Positions 7,613 through 18,473 of a stretch of DNA of 20,238 nucleotides are shown here, in pieces. The translations under genes and the position numbers were made by a program. The DNA comes from Candidatus Hydrogenedens sp. Its GTDB lineage: Bacteria > Hydrogenedentota > Hydrogenedentia > Hydrogenedentales > Hydrogenedentaceae. The DNA lies in assembly GCA_049968235.1 (NCBI GenBank), contig JBMFRC010000034.1:1-20238 (forward strand). Direction: 5' to 3'. The notes under the pieces are model-generated. The model did no database searches, was not told the origin of the DNA, and worked only from the letters and a program-made list of their open reading frames with translations. The first letter of the stretch is position 1. The number at the start of each line of letters is the position of its first letter.

Positions 7613-10600
7613 ATTCAATCCATTGTTGAACAGTTTCCAATGTTTCTAAATAGAACTGGTGGACTTTTCTCTTTAAGTTTTTCAAGTATTCCGAAGGTGT
7701 CGGTGTAAATTGGATTTCAGGTAATAATTGTGGGAGCATGGCAAGTGTTTGTTCAGAGAGTGTAGAACTGCGAACTCCTGTAAATAATCGGTAGCGATTT
7801 AATATTTGCAAATAAATTCCAAAAGTCTTTTTCAAAAATTGCCATTTCTCTGTATGTTCAGGTGCAATATTTAATAGAATATTTAATGCATTAACAACTG
7901 AAGGAGTTGCTAACTCAGGACACTGTTCTATCTTTAATCTCTGCCACCAACGAACAATATATTCTAATTCGGCTGTTCCTCCTTCGGATTTTTTTAAGTT
8001 ATCAGGATTTGTTTGTTGAAGCATTTTTTGTCGTATGCTCTCACTTTTTTGGACATCTTCTCGGGATACAGGGAAATGAAAAGCCAGTTCAGTAAGTATC
8101 TGCGGAATGTTCACTGTCATTTCACCTTGTTCCACTATAACTCGGGCTTTCATCAATGCCATTTTTTCCCAGATATCTGCTTCACACTTATAATATTCCT
8201 TTAATTGGTTCAAACTAATTGCTAAGACTCCTTTTGAGCCGTACGGGCGTAACCGTGCATCAATATCATATAGAATTCCAAAACGGGTAGGTTCTTTAAG
8301 TTTTTTAATAATTCGTGATGATACATCCGCAAAATATTCAGAAGGACTAATGGGAATAGCATCCAATTCATCAACAGAATTTACATGTCCATCATAAACA
8401 AATATTAAATCAAGGTCACTACCAAAGGTCATTTCACCTCCACCAATCTTACCCAATCCTATTACTGCAAAGGGTAATGGACATGCTCCATATTTCTGTT
8501 TAGTTTCTTCCAAAGATATAATTGCTATATCCTGAAGTATTACTTCCGCTAATAGGGTAAGTTGTTCACATACCTCTTCAATAGTAAATGTTCTTACCAA
8601 ATCACCTAATGCAATTCGTAGCCACTCGGAATCCTTTAGACGATAATGAGAAGACTCCGGGAATACAGACCTTTTTAATTCCTGTAAGGAAAAATTTAAA
8701 TATTCAGGGTTAACTTTTTGTCCAATAAGTTCTCCCTGTAGAAACACTTCTATAATTCCGGGTTCTTTTATCCATATATCGGATAAAGCAGGGGCATGAG
8801 TTGCCAGTGTTACAAAAAAAGAACAAAGATTATAATTTTCTTTGAGGAGAGAGTAGATAACGCCCGGAATTTTTAGTCGTGATAATTGGGAAAAGAATTG
8901 TCTTAGAGACTCATCTGGGGAACAGGTATTACGGAACTCTTCACATAAATAAGGAACAATTTCTATAAAATTTTCACGAACATGTAAAGAATGAGGTGCG
9001 TCTTCTGGACCGTTTGCCAATAAGCGAAAAGTATCTCTCGCCGAGGTTACATCATTAAAACCAAACTCTTTTAATTTGTTTAAACCATCTTTCCCATCAG
9101 ATTGGGAACTTACTAAATCATAAACCCACAGATTACCGGATGCTTTAACTGCAACAAATTGTTCTAATATACTTCGGACTTCTTGTGTTTTATCTTTATA
9201 CACGCACCAGAAAGATTCCCCCGAGACATAACCCAATCGTTGGGCAAACTCATCTAAATCTTTTGGGTCCTGTGGTAAAGCATGTTTTTGTGTTCCGTAT
9301 TCAATTTGAAGACGGTGTTCTACCTCTCTCAAAAAACAGTAATTTTGTATCAGGGTTTCTGCGTCAAAAGGTTTTAAATAATTATTTTCCATCAATTTGT
9401 AAATAGCATCAATGGTATTGGTTATCCTTAGTTCGGGTTTTCTACCACCATTCAATAATTGGAGCAATTGTACGGTAAATTCAATATCCCGAATCCCTCC
9501 TCTACCCAATTTAACTTCATAACTTGTTTGTCCTTGTTCCGCTACCTGTTTTTCTACCATCAGTTTTGTCTGGTGTATATCATCCAATGTCTTATCATCA
9601 AAAAATTTTGGGAAAATAAAAGATCGCATCATCTCTAAAAATTCATTCCCGAGATTTATATCACCGGCACAAGGTCTACATTTCACCAACGCCTGTCGCT
9701 CCCATGCACGTCCATACTGGTAATAGTACTCTACAGAATTAGTAAGACTTTCTGCTAAAGCACCAACTTTTCCATAAGGTCGCAAACGCATATCAACACG
9801 GTAAATCTGACCTTCTTCGGTATGTTCTGATAAGAATTTAATAATTTGTTCCCCTAATTTACAGAAATATTCACGATTGGTAATTTGCCCTTTGTCCCCT
9901 CCACTTGTTTCCCCATCTCCATCGTAAATAAACAACAAATCAATATCGGAACTAAAATTAAGTTCTCTGCCCCCTAATTTTCCCAGTGCAAATATGACAA
10001 AATTTGACGATGAATTTTCTCCTTTTTGCGTATCATGTCTTATTGGAACACCGTATCGTTGTTTTAAGTAGGTTGAGAGTAAATGAAAACATAATTCGAG
10101 ATGAGCGTCCGCAAGATTAGAAAGGTCCTCTACAATGGACTTGACTTCCTGATGTTCTACTATATCACGAGTAGTAATTCGAAGAAGTGCTTTTTTATGA
10201 AGTCGGCGGAAATATATCATTATTTTTTTCAAATCCCAATCATTACCCTCAAGAAGGTGCTTATCCCGGAGAACACTTATTATTTCAGAGGATGAATTCA
10301 TCAAAGCGGAATCCCAACCTAAGTAAAACATCCATTCTTCTTTTGTTAAAGCACGGGAAAGGGTTGGCGACAATAATATTTCATCTGCAAATTCGGGATG
10401 CTTAATGAGGCTATCCGTTATGAATGGACTTTGTGAAAATATTCTTTCAAAAAATCGCAAATATTTGGGAGTTTGAAGATATTTATATATATGAATTTCC
10501 ACAGGGGATGTTAGACTTTTTAGGTATTGTGCAAAAGCAACAATTACACGCTCAGGATTAGAGGTTTCATTAAGAAGCAATTCCAGCCGGGTTTGCCATT

Positions 10601-10682
10601 CCTGAATAGGGATGGATATTAAATAATTCCAATCTTCTCTGACACTTTCGGATAATCGATCGAATATATTTCTTTTTTCCAT
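7611..10682 (-). CDS. glnE: Bifunctional glutamine synthetase adenylyltransferase / adenylyl-removing enzyme
   Basis: A 1023-aa ORF with two nucleotidyltransferase signatures: LGKLGGRELNFSSDIDLLFIYDG and LGKIGGGEMTFGSDLDLIFVYDG. Further collinear blocks match E. coli GlnE (YRVDMRLRPYG, GGIRDIEFTVQLLQL). Confidence 0.9.
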   Translation of the reverse strand: MEKRNIFDRLSESVREDWNYLISIPIQEWQTRLELLLNETSNPERVIVAFAQYLKSLTSPVEIHIYKYLQTPKYLRFFERIFSQSPFITDSLIKHPEFADEILLSPTLSRALTKEEWMFYLGWDSALMNSSSEIISVLRDKHLLEGNDWDLKKIMIYFRRLHKKALLRITTRDIVEHQEVKSIVEDLSNLADAHLELCFHLLSTYLKQRYGVPIRHDTQKGENSSSNFVIFALGKLGGRELNFSSDIDLLFIYDGDGETSGGDKGQITNREYFCKLGEQIIKFLSEHTEEGQIYRVDMRLRPYGKVGALAESLTNSVEYYYQYGRAWERQALVKCRPCAGDINLGNEFLEMMRSFIFPKFFDDKTLDDIHQTKLMVEKQVAEQGQTSYEVKLGRGGIRDIEFTVQLLQLLNGGRKPELRITNTIDAIYKLMENNYLKPFDAETLIQNYCFLREVEHRLQIEYGTQKHALPQDPKDLDEFAQRLGYVSGESFWCVYKDKTQEVRSILEQFVAVKASGNLWVYDLVSSQSDGKDGLNKLKEFGFNDVTSARDTFRLLANGPEDAPHSLHVRENFIEIVPYLCEEFRNTCSPDESLRQFFSQLSRLKIPGVIYSLLKENYNLCSFFVTLATHAPALSDIWIKEPGIIEVFLQGELIGQKVNPEYLNFSLQELKRSVFPESSHYRLKDSEWLRIALGDLVRTFTIEEVCEQLTLLAEVILQDIAIISLEETKQKYGACPLPFAVIGLGKIGGGEMTFGSDLDLIFVYDGHVNSVDELDAIPISPSEYFADVSSRIIKKLKEPTRFGILYDIDARLRPYGSKGVLAISLNQLKEYYKCEADIWEKMALMKARVIVEQGEMTVNIPQILTELAFHFPVSREDVQKSESIRQKMLQQTNPDNLKKSEGGTAELEYIVRWWQRLKIEQCPELATPSVVNALNILLNIAPEHTEKWQFLKKTFGIYLQILNRYRLFTGVRSSTLSEQTLAMLPQLLPEIQFTPTPSEYLKNLKRKVHQFYLETLETVQQWIE

Positions 10683-10693
10683 ATTTTAGTGAG

Positions 10694-11851
10694 TCATCGT
10701 TTTGTTTTTATTTTACCGTAATAAAAAAGTTTCGCTATCTGTTCGCTTGTTCGTTGAATATTATTTGAAGTGTTTTTCAAAATATCTTCCTGGGATGTTT
10801 CTCCCGCAGAAATAGGAAAGACAACGACATTTCTTTTAGACTGGCATACATCCCAACCTTTTCCTAATTTCCCAACAAGGATAATTACCATTTTATTATA
10901 CATCTGGGCAAGACTTATCATTTCCCCGACAACCTTTCCAAAAAAACTCTGGTGGTCTAATTGTCCTTCGCCAGTAATAATAAGGTCAACAGAAGCAAGT
11001 TTCCGGGATAAATTACTGGCTTGGGCTATCCATTGAAAACCGGGAATAAACTTCCCGTTAGCAAATGCAAATAAAGCGCCTCCCATTCCTCCTGCGGAAC
11101 CACTGCTCGGTTGTTTCTGTATATCTATTTGCATATCTCTCTTGATTATACCAGCAAATTTTCTAAGGGCTTTATCTACAATGGGACATAACTCTTTTTT
11201 CAATCCTTTTTGAGGACCATATACAAATGTAGCCCCCTGTGGACCGTAGTAAGGATTTTTTACATCACTGGCTATGATAATATCTGTGTTTTTAATTCGT
11301 TCATAAAAACGGGTATTTTTTATACATGCAAGATTTTGTAGTTCTAAAGGTCCTTCCCCAATAGATTTTCCTTGAGAATTGAGAAGTTGATAACCTAACG
11401 CCTGAGCAATACCTGCTCCCCCATCATTAACCCCAGACCCTCCTAAACCTATGACAATCTGTCTTGCCCCTTTTTGAATTGCATGCAGAATAATCTCTCC
11501 CACTCCATAACTAGTAAAAAATTCCGGTTTTCGTACATTTTTTGGAACAAGATGAAGCCCCACAATTTTAGCCGTTTCTATAACGGCTGTCTTTTGTTTT
11601 GAAATCCAGCCATACTTAACTTTCCTTTTTTTACCTGTTAAATCTGTAACAGTCGTAGTGAGGTATTCTACATTTAAATTTACCGATACTGCATTTAAAA
11701 AACCCTCTCCACCATCTGAAAGGGGACATATAATTAACTGACTATCAGGAATTATTCGTTTCCATCCCTCGGCAATAGAGGTTGCAACTTCTGTGGTATC
11801 TAAAGACTCCTTAAAAGAATCCGGAGCAATAAGAACTTTTAATTTTGCCAT
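10694..11851 (-). CDS. glxK: Glycerate kinase (GarK/GlxK family)
   Basis: 385 aa, beginning MAKLKVLIAPDSFKESL, with glycine-rich loops (VIGLGGSGVNDGGAG) typical of the glycerate kinase family. It lies 11 bp upstream of glnE on the same strand. Choosing the symbol glxK over garK is arbitrary. Confidence 0.8.
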   Translation of the reverse strand: MAKLKVLIAPDSFKESLDTTEVATSIAEGWKRIIPDSQLIICPLSDGGEGFLNAVSVNLNVEYLTTTVTDLTGKKRKVKYGWISKQKTAVIETAKIVGLHLVPKNVRKPEFFTSYGVGEIILHAIQKGARQIVIGLGGSGVNDGGAGIAQALGYQLLNSQGKSIGEGPLELQNLACIKNTRFYERIKNTDIIIASDVKNPYYGPQGATFVYGPQKGLKKELCPIVDKALRKFAGIIKRDMQIDIQKQPSSGSAGGMGGALFAFANGKFIPGFQWIAQASNLSRKLASVDLIITGEGQLDHQSFFGKVVGEMISLAQMYNKMVIILVGKLGKGWDVCQSKRNVVVFPISAGETSQEDILKNTSNNIQRTSEQIAKLFYYGKIKTKR

Positions 11852-11940
11852 TTTTTCACCTTTTATAAAAATGAATATGTATATTATTACAGACTGTTAT
11901 AGAATAGAAAATAAAATTTTTAAATTATTAATAACCAAAT

Positions 11941-11969
11941 TTCAAGAGTGCAGTAAATTGTGATATAAT
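11941..11969 (+). promoter_or_regulatory. Putative greA promoter with an extended -10 (TGaTATAAT)
   Basis: TG at 11961-11962 and TATAAT at 11964-11969. A weak -35 TTCAAG sits 17 nt upstream. It is ~75 nt before the greA ATG. Confidence 0.4.
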
Positions 11970-12044
11970 TCCTTCAATTTAAAGTGATTGAAATTTTGTT
12001 TTGGGCATAAATGTTAACCATACAAAATAAGATGGGATAAGTGT

Positions 12045-12518
12045 ATGGAACCTATATATATTACAGAAGAAGGCTTGCAAAAGTTACGAGAAGAATTGGC
12101 AGAATTAAATAAGCAGAAGATTAAATTATCAGAAGTAATAGCGTATGCACGTTCTCTGGGTGATTTGAGTGAAAATGCAGAATACCATACCGCAAAGCAT
12201 GAGCAGGGACTTTTAATGGCAAAGATAAACGATATTGAAGATAAAATTGCACGTGCAGTAGTTATTGATGCAACACAGATGGACACCTCTGAAGTTCGTT
12301 TAGGAGTAACTGTCCGTGTGCTAAATGAGAAATTAGGGAAAGAAATTACTTATACAATAGTAAGTCCCGTAGAAGCGGATTTATCATCAGGTAAATTATC
12401 AACACATTCACCTGTTGGACATGCATTGTTAGGGAAAAAAGTCGGGGATGTAGTTGAAGTAAATGTTCCTGCAGGAACATTGTGTCTTAAAATTCTTGAA
12501 ATTTCACTTTCACAATAA
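12045..12518 (+). CDS. greA: Transcription elongation factor GreA
   Basis: 157 aa. [44 protein letters not shown] matches the GreA N-terminal coiled-coil, and the protein has an FKBP-like C-terminal domain. Confidence 0.9.
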   Translation: MEPIYITEEGLQKLREELAELNKQKIKLSEVIAYARSLGDLSENAEYHTAKHEQGLLMAKINDIEDKIARAVVIDATQMDTSEVRLGVTVRVLNEKLGKEITYTIVSPVEADLSSGKLSTHSPVGHALLGKKVGDVVEVNVPAGTLCLKILEISLSQ

Positions 12519-12535
12519 TTTTAAGGGATAAGTTA

Positions 12536-15500
12536 ATGCCAAAAAGAAACGATATTAAGAAGATAATGATTATAGGTTCAGGCCCTATTATCATTGGACA
12601 AGCGTGTGAGTTTGATTATTCAGGAACACAGGCATGTAAAGCACTACGGGAAGAAGGGTATGAAGTCATTTTGGTAAATAGTAATCCTGCCACAATTATG
12701 ACAGACCCGGAAATGTCTGATTGCACTTACATTGAACCATTAACAGTTCCTTTTTTGGAAAAGATTATAGAGCATGAAAAGCCTGACGCACTTTTACCTA
12801 CAGTAGGTGGACAAACGGGACTTAATTTATCGGTTGCCCTGGCAGATGCTGGTATATTGGATAAACATGGTGTAAAGATGATAGGTGCAAATGCTCAAAC
12901 AATAAAAAAAGCGGAAGACCGTGGATTGTTTAAAGAGGCAATGATTCACTGTGGATTAGAAGTTCCACGTAGTCTGGTCATCCATCATCTTGACGAGGCA
13001 ATGGAGTTCGGCGCAGAGATTAACTACTCCGCAGTAATACGTCCTGCGTTCACATTAGGAGGAACAGGGGCTGGTCTATCTTTTAACAAAGATGAATATG
13101 TATCTGCTATTCAAAAGGGATTGGAAGCAAGCCCAATACATGAAGTTTTAGTAGAAGAGTCCGTTATCGGCTGGAAAGAATATGAATTAGAAGTAATGCG
13201 AGATTTGAAAGACAATGTAGTCATTGTGTGCCCTATCGAGAATGTGGACCCGATGGGCGTTCACACAGGGGATAGTGTTACAGTAGCACCCGCACAAACC
13301 CTGACAGACAAAGAATACCAAATTATGCGGAATGCGGCAATTGCTATTATGCGTGAGATAGGAGTGGATACGGGTGGGTCCAATGTGCAGTTTGCCGTTC
13401 ACCCACAAACAGGACGAATGGTGGTAATTGAGATGAACCCGCGTGTCTCACGCAGTTCCGCACTCGCTTCTAAAGCGACCGGATTTCCCATAGCGAAAAT
13501 TGCTGCAAAATTAGCTGTGGGTTATACCCTGGACGAAATACCCAATGATATTACGAAAGAAACTCCCGCATGCTTTGAACCTACCATTGACTATGTTGTA
13601 ACAAAAATACCGCGTTGGGCTTTTGAAAAGTTTTCCGGTGCAGAACCCATATTAACCGTTCAGATGAAAAGCGTCGGCGAAACAATGAGTATTGGACGGA
13701 CATTCAAAGAATCGCTACAAAAAGCCATACGTGGATTAGAAATTGGAAGGTTTGGCTTCGGCGGAGATGGTAAAGCAAAACATCTCACAAAAGAACCCTA
13801 TTCACAAGCAGAAAAAGACGCTCTTTTGCGGGCTCTACGGACACCTTCACCCCATCGGTATCTTCATTTGGCAGAAGCTATTCGACTTGGAGCCACCGTT
13901 GAAGAATTGCATAAAATAACAAAAATCGACCCGTGGTTCATCCGTCAAATGGAAGAAATTGTAGAAGAGGAAAAAAATCTCATTGAGTTTTCAGCCGAAA
14001 TAACAAACTATATAAATAGCGGGCAAAATGAAGAAAAGAAAAAAGACTTTCTGGCAAAGAGAATTAAAAAAGCCAAACAATATGGCTTTTCAGACTATCA
14101 ATTAGCAAGATATTGGAACTTAAACGAACTTGATGTAAGAAATTTACGTAAGCAATTAGGAATTATTACAACTTATCGTCTTGTAGATACATGCGCAGGC
14201 GAGTTTGAAGCATATACTCCCTACTACTACTCGACTTATGAAGATGAGGATGAAGTGCGACTCTCAGATAAACCACGAATAATCATACTAGGAGGTGGTC
14301 CCAACCGAATTGGGCAGGGAATTGAGTTCGATTACTGCTGTGTACATGCAGTTTTTGCTCTTAGAAATGCGGGGTATGAAACTATTATGGTAAATTGCAA
14401 TCCCGAAACAGTTTCAACAGACTATGATACTTCTGACCGTTTATTTTTTGAGCCAGTTACTTTTGAAGATGTAATGAACATTATTGAAAGAATTCAACCT
14501 CAAGGAGTTATCGTCCAATTTGGCGGTCAGACCCCTCTAAATATAGCCCAGCAATTAGAAAAAGCAGGAGCTCCAATTATTGGCACTTCACCTTGGAATA
14601 TTGCCCGTGCAGAAGACCGCAAACTCTTCCGTGAAGTAGTCGCAAAATTAAATCTATTACAACCGGAAAATGATACAGCCCGCTCATTTGAAGAAGCACT
14701 ACAAATTGCAGAAAGAATTAGTTACCCCGTAGTGGTAAGACCATCTTTCGTTTTGGGGGGGCGTGCTATGGAGATTGTCTATGATTCAAATGCACTCCAA
14801 AGATACATGGAATATGCCGTTGAAGCATCTCCGGAACATCCGATATTAATCGATAAATTTTTAGAGGATGCTATTGAAATTGACGTGGACGCTATTGCTG
14901 ATGGAGAACAGGTAATAATCGGTGGTATAATGCAACATATCGAAGAGGCAGGGGTTCACTCAGGGGATAGTGCTTGTATTTTGCCCCCTTATGACTTACC
15001 TAAAGATATTATAGAAGTTATTAAGCAACAAACCCGTGACTTAGCAAGAGAATTAGAAGTGCGGGGACTTATGAATGTTCAGTATGCTGTAAAGGACGGA
15101 AAAGTATATTTATTAGAGGTAAACCCTCGTGCATCAAGGACGATACCTTTTGTGAGTAAGGCAATAGGTATTCCTCTAGCTAAACTTGCCACTCTCGTTA
15201 TGGTTGGTAAAAAACTCAGCGATATGGGTCTTAATAAAGACCCTGAACCACCCTATATTTCCGCAAAAGAAGTCGTTCTACCTTTCATAAAATTCCCCGG
15301 AGTAGATATTATTCTGGGACCTGAAATGCGTAGCACAGGAGAAGTAATGGGTATTGATAAAAACATGGGACTTGCCTATGCAAAAAGTCAGATAGCCGCA
15401 GGAAATAGTATTCCGTTGGAAGGGACGATTTTTATCAGTCTGAATGACCACGACAAAAAACATATAGGTTCTGTAGCCAGAGATTTATATGAATTGGGAT

Positions 15501-15841
15501 TTAAGTTTATTGCTACCAAAGGAACCGCATCCGTTCTCCGCAGTCAAGGTATTGATGTAGCGGAAGTATTCAAAGTTGGAGAAGGCAGACCCAATGTGTT
15601 AGATTGCATTATTAATGGCTATATAAACTGGATTATTAACACACCCAAAGGAAAATCTTCCAAAGATGATGAAGTGCTTATCCGCAGAAAGGCGTTAGAA
15701 AAAAATATCCCGACAATGACCACACTCGCAGCGGTCAAAGCGGCCGTTCAGGCACTCCGCGAAATGAAAAAGGGCTCCATGGACATCCTCTCCCTCCAAA
15801 AATATCATTCCACTACAAATATAAAACTCAAAATTAAGTAA
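12536..15841 (+). CDS. carB: Carbamoyl-phosphate synthase large subunit
   Basis: 1101 aa with duplicated ATP-grasp halves ([19 protein letters not shown] and [19 protein letters not shown]) and an MGS-like C-terminal domain. The start is 17 bp after greA, with an AAGGGA RBS. No carA lies in the window. Confidence 0.95.
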   Translation: MPKRNDIKKIMIIGSGPIIIGQACEFDYSGTQACKALREEGYEVILVNSNPATIMTDPEMSDCTYIEPLTVPFLEKIIEHEKPDALLPTVGGQTGLNLSVALADAGILDKHGVKMIGANAQTIKKAEDRGLFKEAMIHCGLEVPRSLVIHHLDEAMEFGAEINYSAVIRPAFTLGGTGAGLSFNKDEYVSAIQKGLEASPIHEVLVEESVIGWKEYELEVMRDLKDNVVIVCPIENVDPMGVHTGDSVTVAPAQTLTDKEYQIMRNAAIAIMREIGVDTGGSNVQFAVHPQTGRMVVIEMNPRVSRSSALASKATGFPIAKIAAKLAVGYTLDEIPNDITKETPACFEPTIDYVVTKIPRWAFEKFSGAEPILTVQMKSVGETMSIGRTFKESLQKAIRGLEIGRFGFGGDGKAKHLTKEPYSQAEKDALLRALRTPSPHRYLHLAEAIRLGATVEELHKITKIDPWFIRQMEEIVEEEKNLIEFSAEITNYINSGQNEEKKKDFLAKRIKKAKQYGFSDYQLARYWNLNELDVRNLRKQLGIITTYRLVDTCAGEFEAYTPYYYSTYEDEDEVRLSDKPRIIILGGGPNRIGQGIEFDYCCVHAVFALRNAGYETIMVNCNPETVSTDYDTSDRLFFEPVTFEDVMNIIERIQPQGVIVQFGGQTPLNIAQQLEKAGAPIIGTSPWNIARAEDRKLFREVVAKLNLLQPENDTARSFEEALQIAERISYPVVVRPSFVLGGRAMEIVYDSNALQRYMEYAVEASPEHPILIDKFLEDAIEIDVDAIADGEQVIIGGIMQHIEEAGVHSGDSACILPPYDLPKDIIEVIKQQTRDLARELEVRGLMNVQYAVKDGKVYLLEVNPRASRTIPFVSKAIGIPLAKLATLVMVGKKLSDMGLNKDPEPPYISAKEVVLPFIKFPGVDIILGPEMRSTGEVMGIDKNMGLAYAKSQIAAGNSIPLEGTIFISLNDHDKKHIGSVARDLYELGFKFIATKGTASVLRSQGIDVAEVFKVGEGRPNVLDCIINGYINWIINTPKGKSSKDDEVLIRRKALEKNIPTMTTLAAVKAAVQALREMKKGSMDILSLQKYHSTTNIKLKIK

Positions 15842-15857
15842 ATATAAATTTCAAATA

Positions 15858-16016
15858 TCACTTCGATGATGCCTTTTTGAGAATCTGGGAAACTTCTTGA
15901 AGAATTTTTTGGAGGATTTGCTTCCGATGTTCTTCGGATATTTTGTAATGCTGTTCTTGTTCTAATAGTTCCATTGTTCTCACTGCTACCTGATACGCAA
16001 AATCTTCTACTTTCAT
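15858..16016 (-). CDS. Small hypothetical protein, 52 aa, predicted helical and charged (MKVEDFAYQVAVRTMELLEQEQHYKISEEHRKQILQKILQEVSQILKKASSK)
   Basis: Found by hand translation. An AGGAG RBS (rc of 16026-16030) lies 9 nt upstream of the ATG at 16016. The composition is protein-like and amphipathic. The stop is 16 bp from the carB stop, in convergent orientation. An alternative ATG at 16020 in another frame gives the low-complexity 71-aa ORF in the track (15805-16020) and cannot be excluded. Confidence 0.35.
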   Translation of the reverse strand: MKVEDFAYQVAVRTMELLEQEQHYKISEEHRKQILQKILQEVSQILKKASSK

Positions 16017-16056
16017 ACATCCCTACTCCTTAGAAAAATAAATTTACTTACATGAA

Positions 16057-16085
16057 TATATAAGTATGTTATTTTTAACTAACAA
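16057..16085 (-). promoter_or_regulatory. Putative sigma70-type promoter for the small ORF (TTGTTA, 17-nt spacer, TATATA)
   Basis: On the minus strand, TTGTTA is the rc of plus 16080-16085 and TATATA is the rc of plus 16057-16062. This places a transcription start ~35 nt upstream of the small-ORF ATG. Confidence 0.3.
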
Positions 16086-16178
16086 GTAAAACAACCCTAT
16101 AGTATTTTTCATTTTCCGGTTGAATTTCAATTTAACTTTTAATATGTTTCTCCATTAATGAATTTTCTTTGTTAAAAC

Positions 16179-16222
16179 TTGACATGCCCCTCAAAAAAAA
16201 TGATTATCATCTGTTTTTTTTT
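16179..16222 (+). promoter_or_regulatory. Orphan promoter-like element (TTGACA, 17-nt spacer, GATTAT) with an overlapping palindrome ATGATtATCAT flanked by A8 and T9 runs
   Basis: TTGACA at 16179-16184. A8 at 16193-16200. The palindrome ATGATTATCAT at 16200-16210. T9 at 16214-16222. No ORF with a start codon follows within the next 230 bp before the antisense metK 3' end. Confidence 0.3.
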
Positions 16223-16437
16223 ATCACCTATACGAAGATGATTTTGTTATAGAGTTAAGAGAGGAGTTATAAGATAGATTTTATTCAAGGAGAGAAACAC
16301 TACAGGAACAAATTTTCCTACAATAAAATTAACTTCTTATCAGGTTCTTTCATTGGTATAGATTCAATATTGTCATTTATAGTAGCAATTAATCTTTTCC
16401 GTTGTGATAAATATCCGTTATTAATTTATTAAACTTT

Positions 16438-17640
16438 TTATATACCGACTTTTTCGCGGATGAGATTTGCAGAGTCGGTATCTTCCCAGCGGAATCCCTG
16501 GTCTTCACGACCAAAGTGTCCATAACTGGCAGTTTTTCTGTATTGTGGTTTGCGAAGGTTTAGAAATTCGATAATTGCGGAAGGTCTGCAATCGAATGTG
16601 TCCGTTAAAATTTTTGCTAATTTCGTATCATCAATTTTGCCCGTGCCATATGTGGTTACATTAATAGAAACGGGCTTTGCTACACCGATAGCATAAGCCA
16701 GTTGCACTTCACAACGGTCTGCAATGCCTGCGGATACTACATTTTTGGCAATATAACGCGACATATATGCAGCACTACGGTCAACCTTAGTGGGGTCTTT
16801 ACCGCTAAAAGCACCACCACCATGTCTGCCCATCCCCCCGTAAGTATCAACAATAATTTTTCTTCCGGTCAAACCACAATCTCCCACGGGACCACCTGTA
16901 ACAAATCTGCCCGTCGGATTTACATAATATTTTATATCTCCTTTGACCAACTCCCGGGGCAGGGTAGGTTTAATTACCTGTTCAATGATGGCTTCTTCAA
17001 TTTCATCATGTTCTTTCTTAAGTTCTTGTGGAGTAGGATTGAGACCGCCATAAAGGGGTAGGTGTTGATTTGAAATCACAACGGTATCAATTCGAACAGG
17101 TTTTCCATTAACATACTCTACTGTTACCTGTGATTTTCCATCAGGCATGAGCCAGGGGATAGTCTTATTTTTTCGCAATTCGCGAAGTTTTAATCCTAAT
17201 TTATGGGCTAATGAAATAGGAAGAGGCATAAGTTCTGGGGTTTCACGGACAGCAAATCCGAACATCATTCCCTGGTCACCAGCACCCTGTTCGTGGTCAG
17301 AGGATGCATCTACACCACGGGCAATATCAACGGATTGTTTTTCTAATGCGACAAGAATGGAGCAGGTTTCCCCATTAAAACCTGTATAGCCCGGTCCGTA
17401 GCCAATATCCACAATAGCCTGACGCACCAGCGAGGTAATATCTACTCTGGCATGTGTGGTTATTTCTCCAGCAACCACACAAAGGTTCGTTTTTACTAAA
17501 GTTTCACATGCAACTCGGCTGTACGGGTCTTGTTCTAACATAGCATCAAGAACAGTATCTGAAATAATATCTGCTACTTTATCCGGATGTCCATCGGTTA
17601 CAGATTCGGACGTAAATAAAATTCCGTTTTCTTTAATCAT
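16438..17640 (-). CDS. metK: S-adenosylmethionine synthetase
   Basis: 400 aa, beginning [24 protein letters not shown]. MetK signature blocks are present throughout ([19 protein letters not shown]). There is an AAAAAGG RBS. Confidence 0.95.
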   Translation of the reverse strand: MIKENGILFTSESVTDGHPDKVADIISDTVLDAMLEQDPYSRVACETLVKTNLCVVAGEITTHARVDITSLVRQAIVDIGYGPGYTGFNGETCSILVALEKQSVDIARGVDASSDHEQGAGDQGMMFGFAVRETPELMPLPISLAHKLGLKLRELRKNKTIPWLMPDGKSQVTVEYVNGKPVRIDTVVISNQHLPLYGGLNPTPQELKKEHDEIEEAIIEQVIKPTLPRELVKGDIKYYVNPTGRFVTGGPVGDCGLTGRKIIVDTYGGMGRHGGGAFSGKDPTKVDRSAAYMSRYIAKNVVSAGIADRCEVQLAYAIGVAKPVSINVTTYGTGKIDDTKLAKILTDTFDCRPSAIIEFLNLRKPQYRKTASYGHFGREDQGFRWEDTDSANLIREKVGI

Positions 17641-17685
17641 AATATTAACCTTTTTCCGTTGAATTCCTATTCTTGTATAACTACA

Positions 17686-18405
17686 TTATGCTACGCCCGG
17701 ACGGTATTTTGCTGTAAGTGCTGCAGGGTCTAATTTCAAACCCGGTCCCATAGTAGAACAAATACTACATGCTTTTAAGTAGGTTCCTTTTAACGAACTG
17801 GGACGTGCTTTTACAATGGCAGAAATTATTGTTGCAGCATTTTCCTCTATTTGTTCCGGGGTAAAACTGGCTTTACCTATGGGAACATGAATATTTGCAT
17901 TTTTATCTACACGAAATTCAATTTTACCTTTCATTATTTCTGCAACTGCCGGACCGATATTGGGAGTAACAGTACCTGCTTTGGGGCTGGGCATAAGTCC
18001 GCGAGGACCTAAAATTTTCCCCAATTTTCCGACCTGCCCCATCATATCCGGAGAGGCTACTGCCGCATCAAAATCTAACCAACCGCTTTGAACCTTCTCG
18101 ACCAAATCTTCCGCACCGGCTTCAATTGCACCGGCTTCTTTCGCCGCTTTGATTTGTTCTTCTTGTTTGCAAAAAGCAATCACGCGCACTTTTTTACCCG
18201 TTCCGTGTGGAAGTGAAACTGCACCGCGTACCATTTGTTCCGCATGTCTTGGGTCAACGCCCAGAAGAAAGGCTAATTCAATGGTCTCATCAAACTTAGC
18301 AGTGGCACACTCTTTAACGATTTTTGATGCTTCGGAAAGGGAATAATAACGGGAACTATCTACTTTTTTATAAAGTTCCCTCATTCTCTTACTCGGTTTT
18401 GACAT
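17686..18405 (-). CDS. rplA: 50S ribosomal protein L1
   Basis: L1 homology from MSKPSKRMRELYKKVD onward. The ATG at 18405 is preferred because a GGAGG RBS sits 8 nt upstream. The ORF track extends to 18453 with a non-homologous 16-aa leader. Confidence 0.9.
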   Translation of the reverse strand: MSKPSKRMRELYKKVDSSRYYSLSEASKIVKECATAKFDETIELAFLLGVDPRHAEQMVRGAVSLPHGTGKKVRVIAFCKQEEQIKAAKEAGAIEAGAEDLVEKVQSGWLDFDAAVASPDMMGQVGKLGKILGPRGLMPSPKAGTVTPNIGPAVAEIMKGKIEFRVDKNANIHVPIGKASFTPEQIEENAATIISAIVKARPSSLKGTYLKACSICSTMGPGLKLDPAALTAKYRPGVA

Positions 18406-18473
18406 ATCTTCATCCTCCTGTGGTTCTGTCGGACAGATAAACTGTCCTCCCACGGTTAAAAAATTTTTATAAA

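Noticed and set aside
7907-10405. Plus-strand ORFs 7907-8095, 8013-8204, 9185-9406, 10101-10295 and 10187-10405 inside glnE
   Set aside because: They are antisense to a 1023-aa CDS with strong homology; spurious.
10770-13408. ORFs 10770-11036 (+), 12014-12286 (-) and 13187-13408 (-) overlapping glxK, greA and carB
   Set aside because: They are opposite-strand shadows of confidently assigned genes.
15805-16020. 71-aa minus-strand ORF from the track (MYESRRFCVSGSSENNG...)
   Set aside because: It is a low-complexity Ser/Arg/Asn-rich product that overlaps the carB 3' end by 37 nt. The +1 frame from the ATG at 16016 uses the same RBS and gives a far more protein-like 52-aa product. I cannot exclude the 71-aa frame; comparative data would settle it.
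16702-17662. Plus-strand ORFs 16702-17061, 17147-17389 and 17456-17662 inside metK, and 15278-15463 inside carB
   Set aside because: Antisense shadows.
17641-17685. Looked for a SAM riboswitch upstream of metK
   Set aside because: Only 45 bp separate the metK start from the rplA stop, which is too short for an S-box or SAM riboswitch. The long 15842-16437 spacer is downstream of metK, not upstream.
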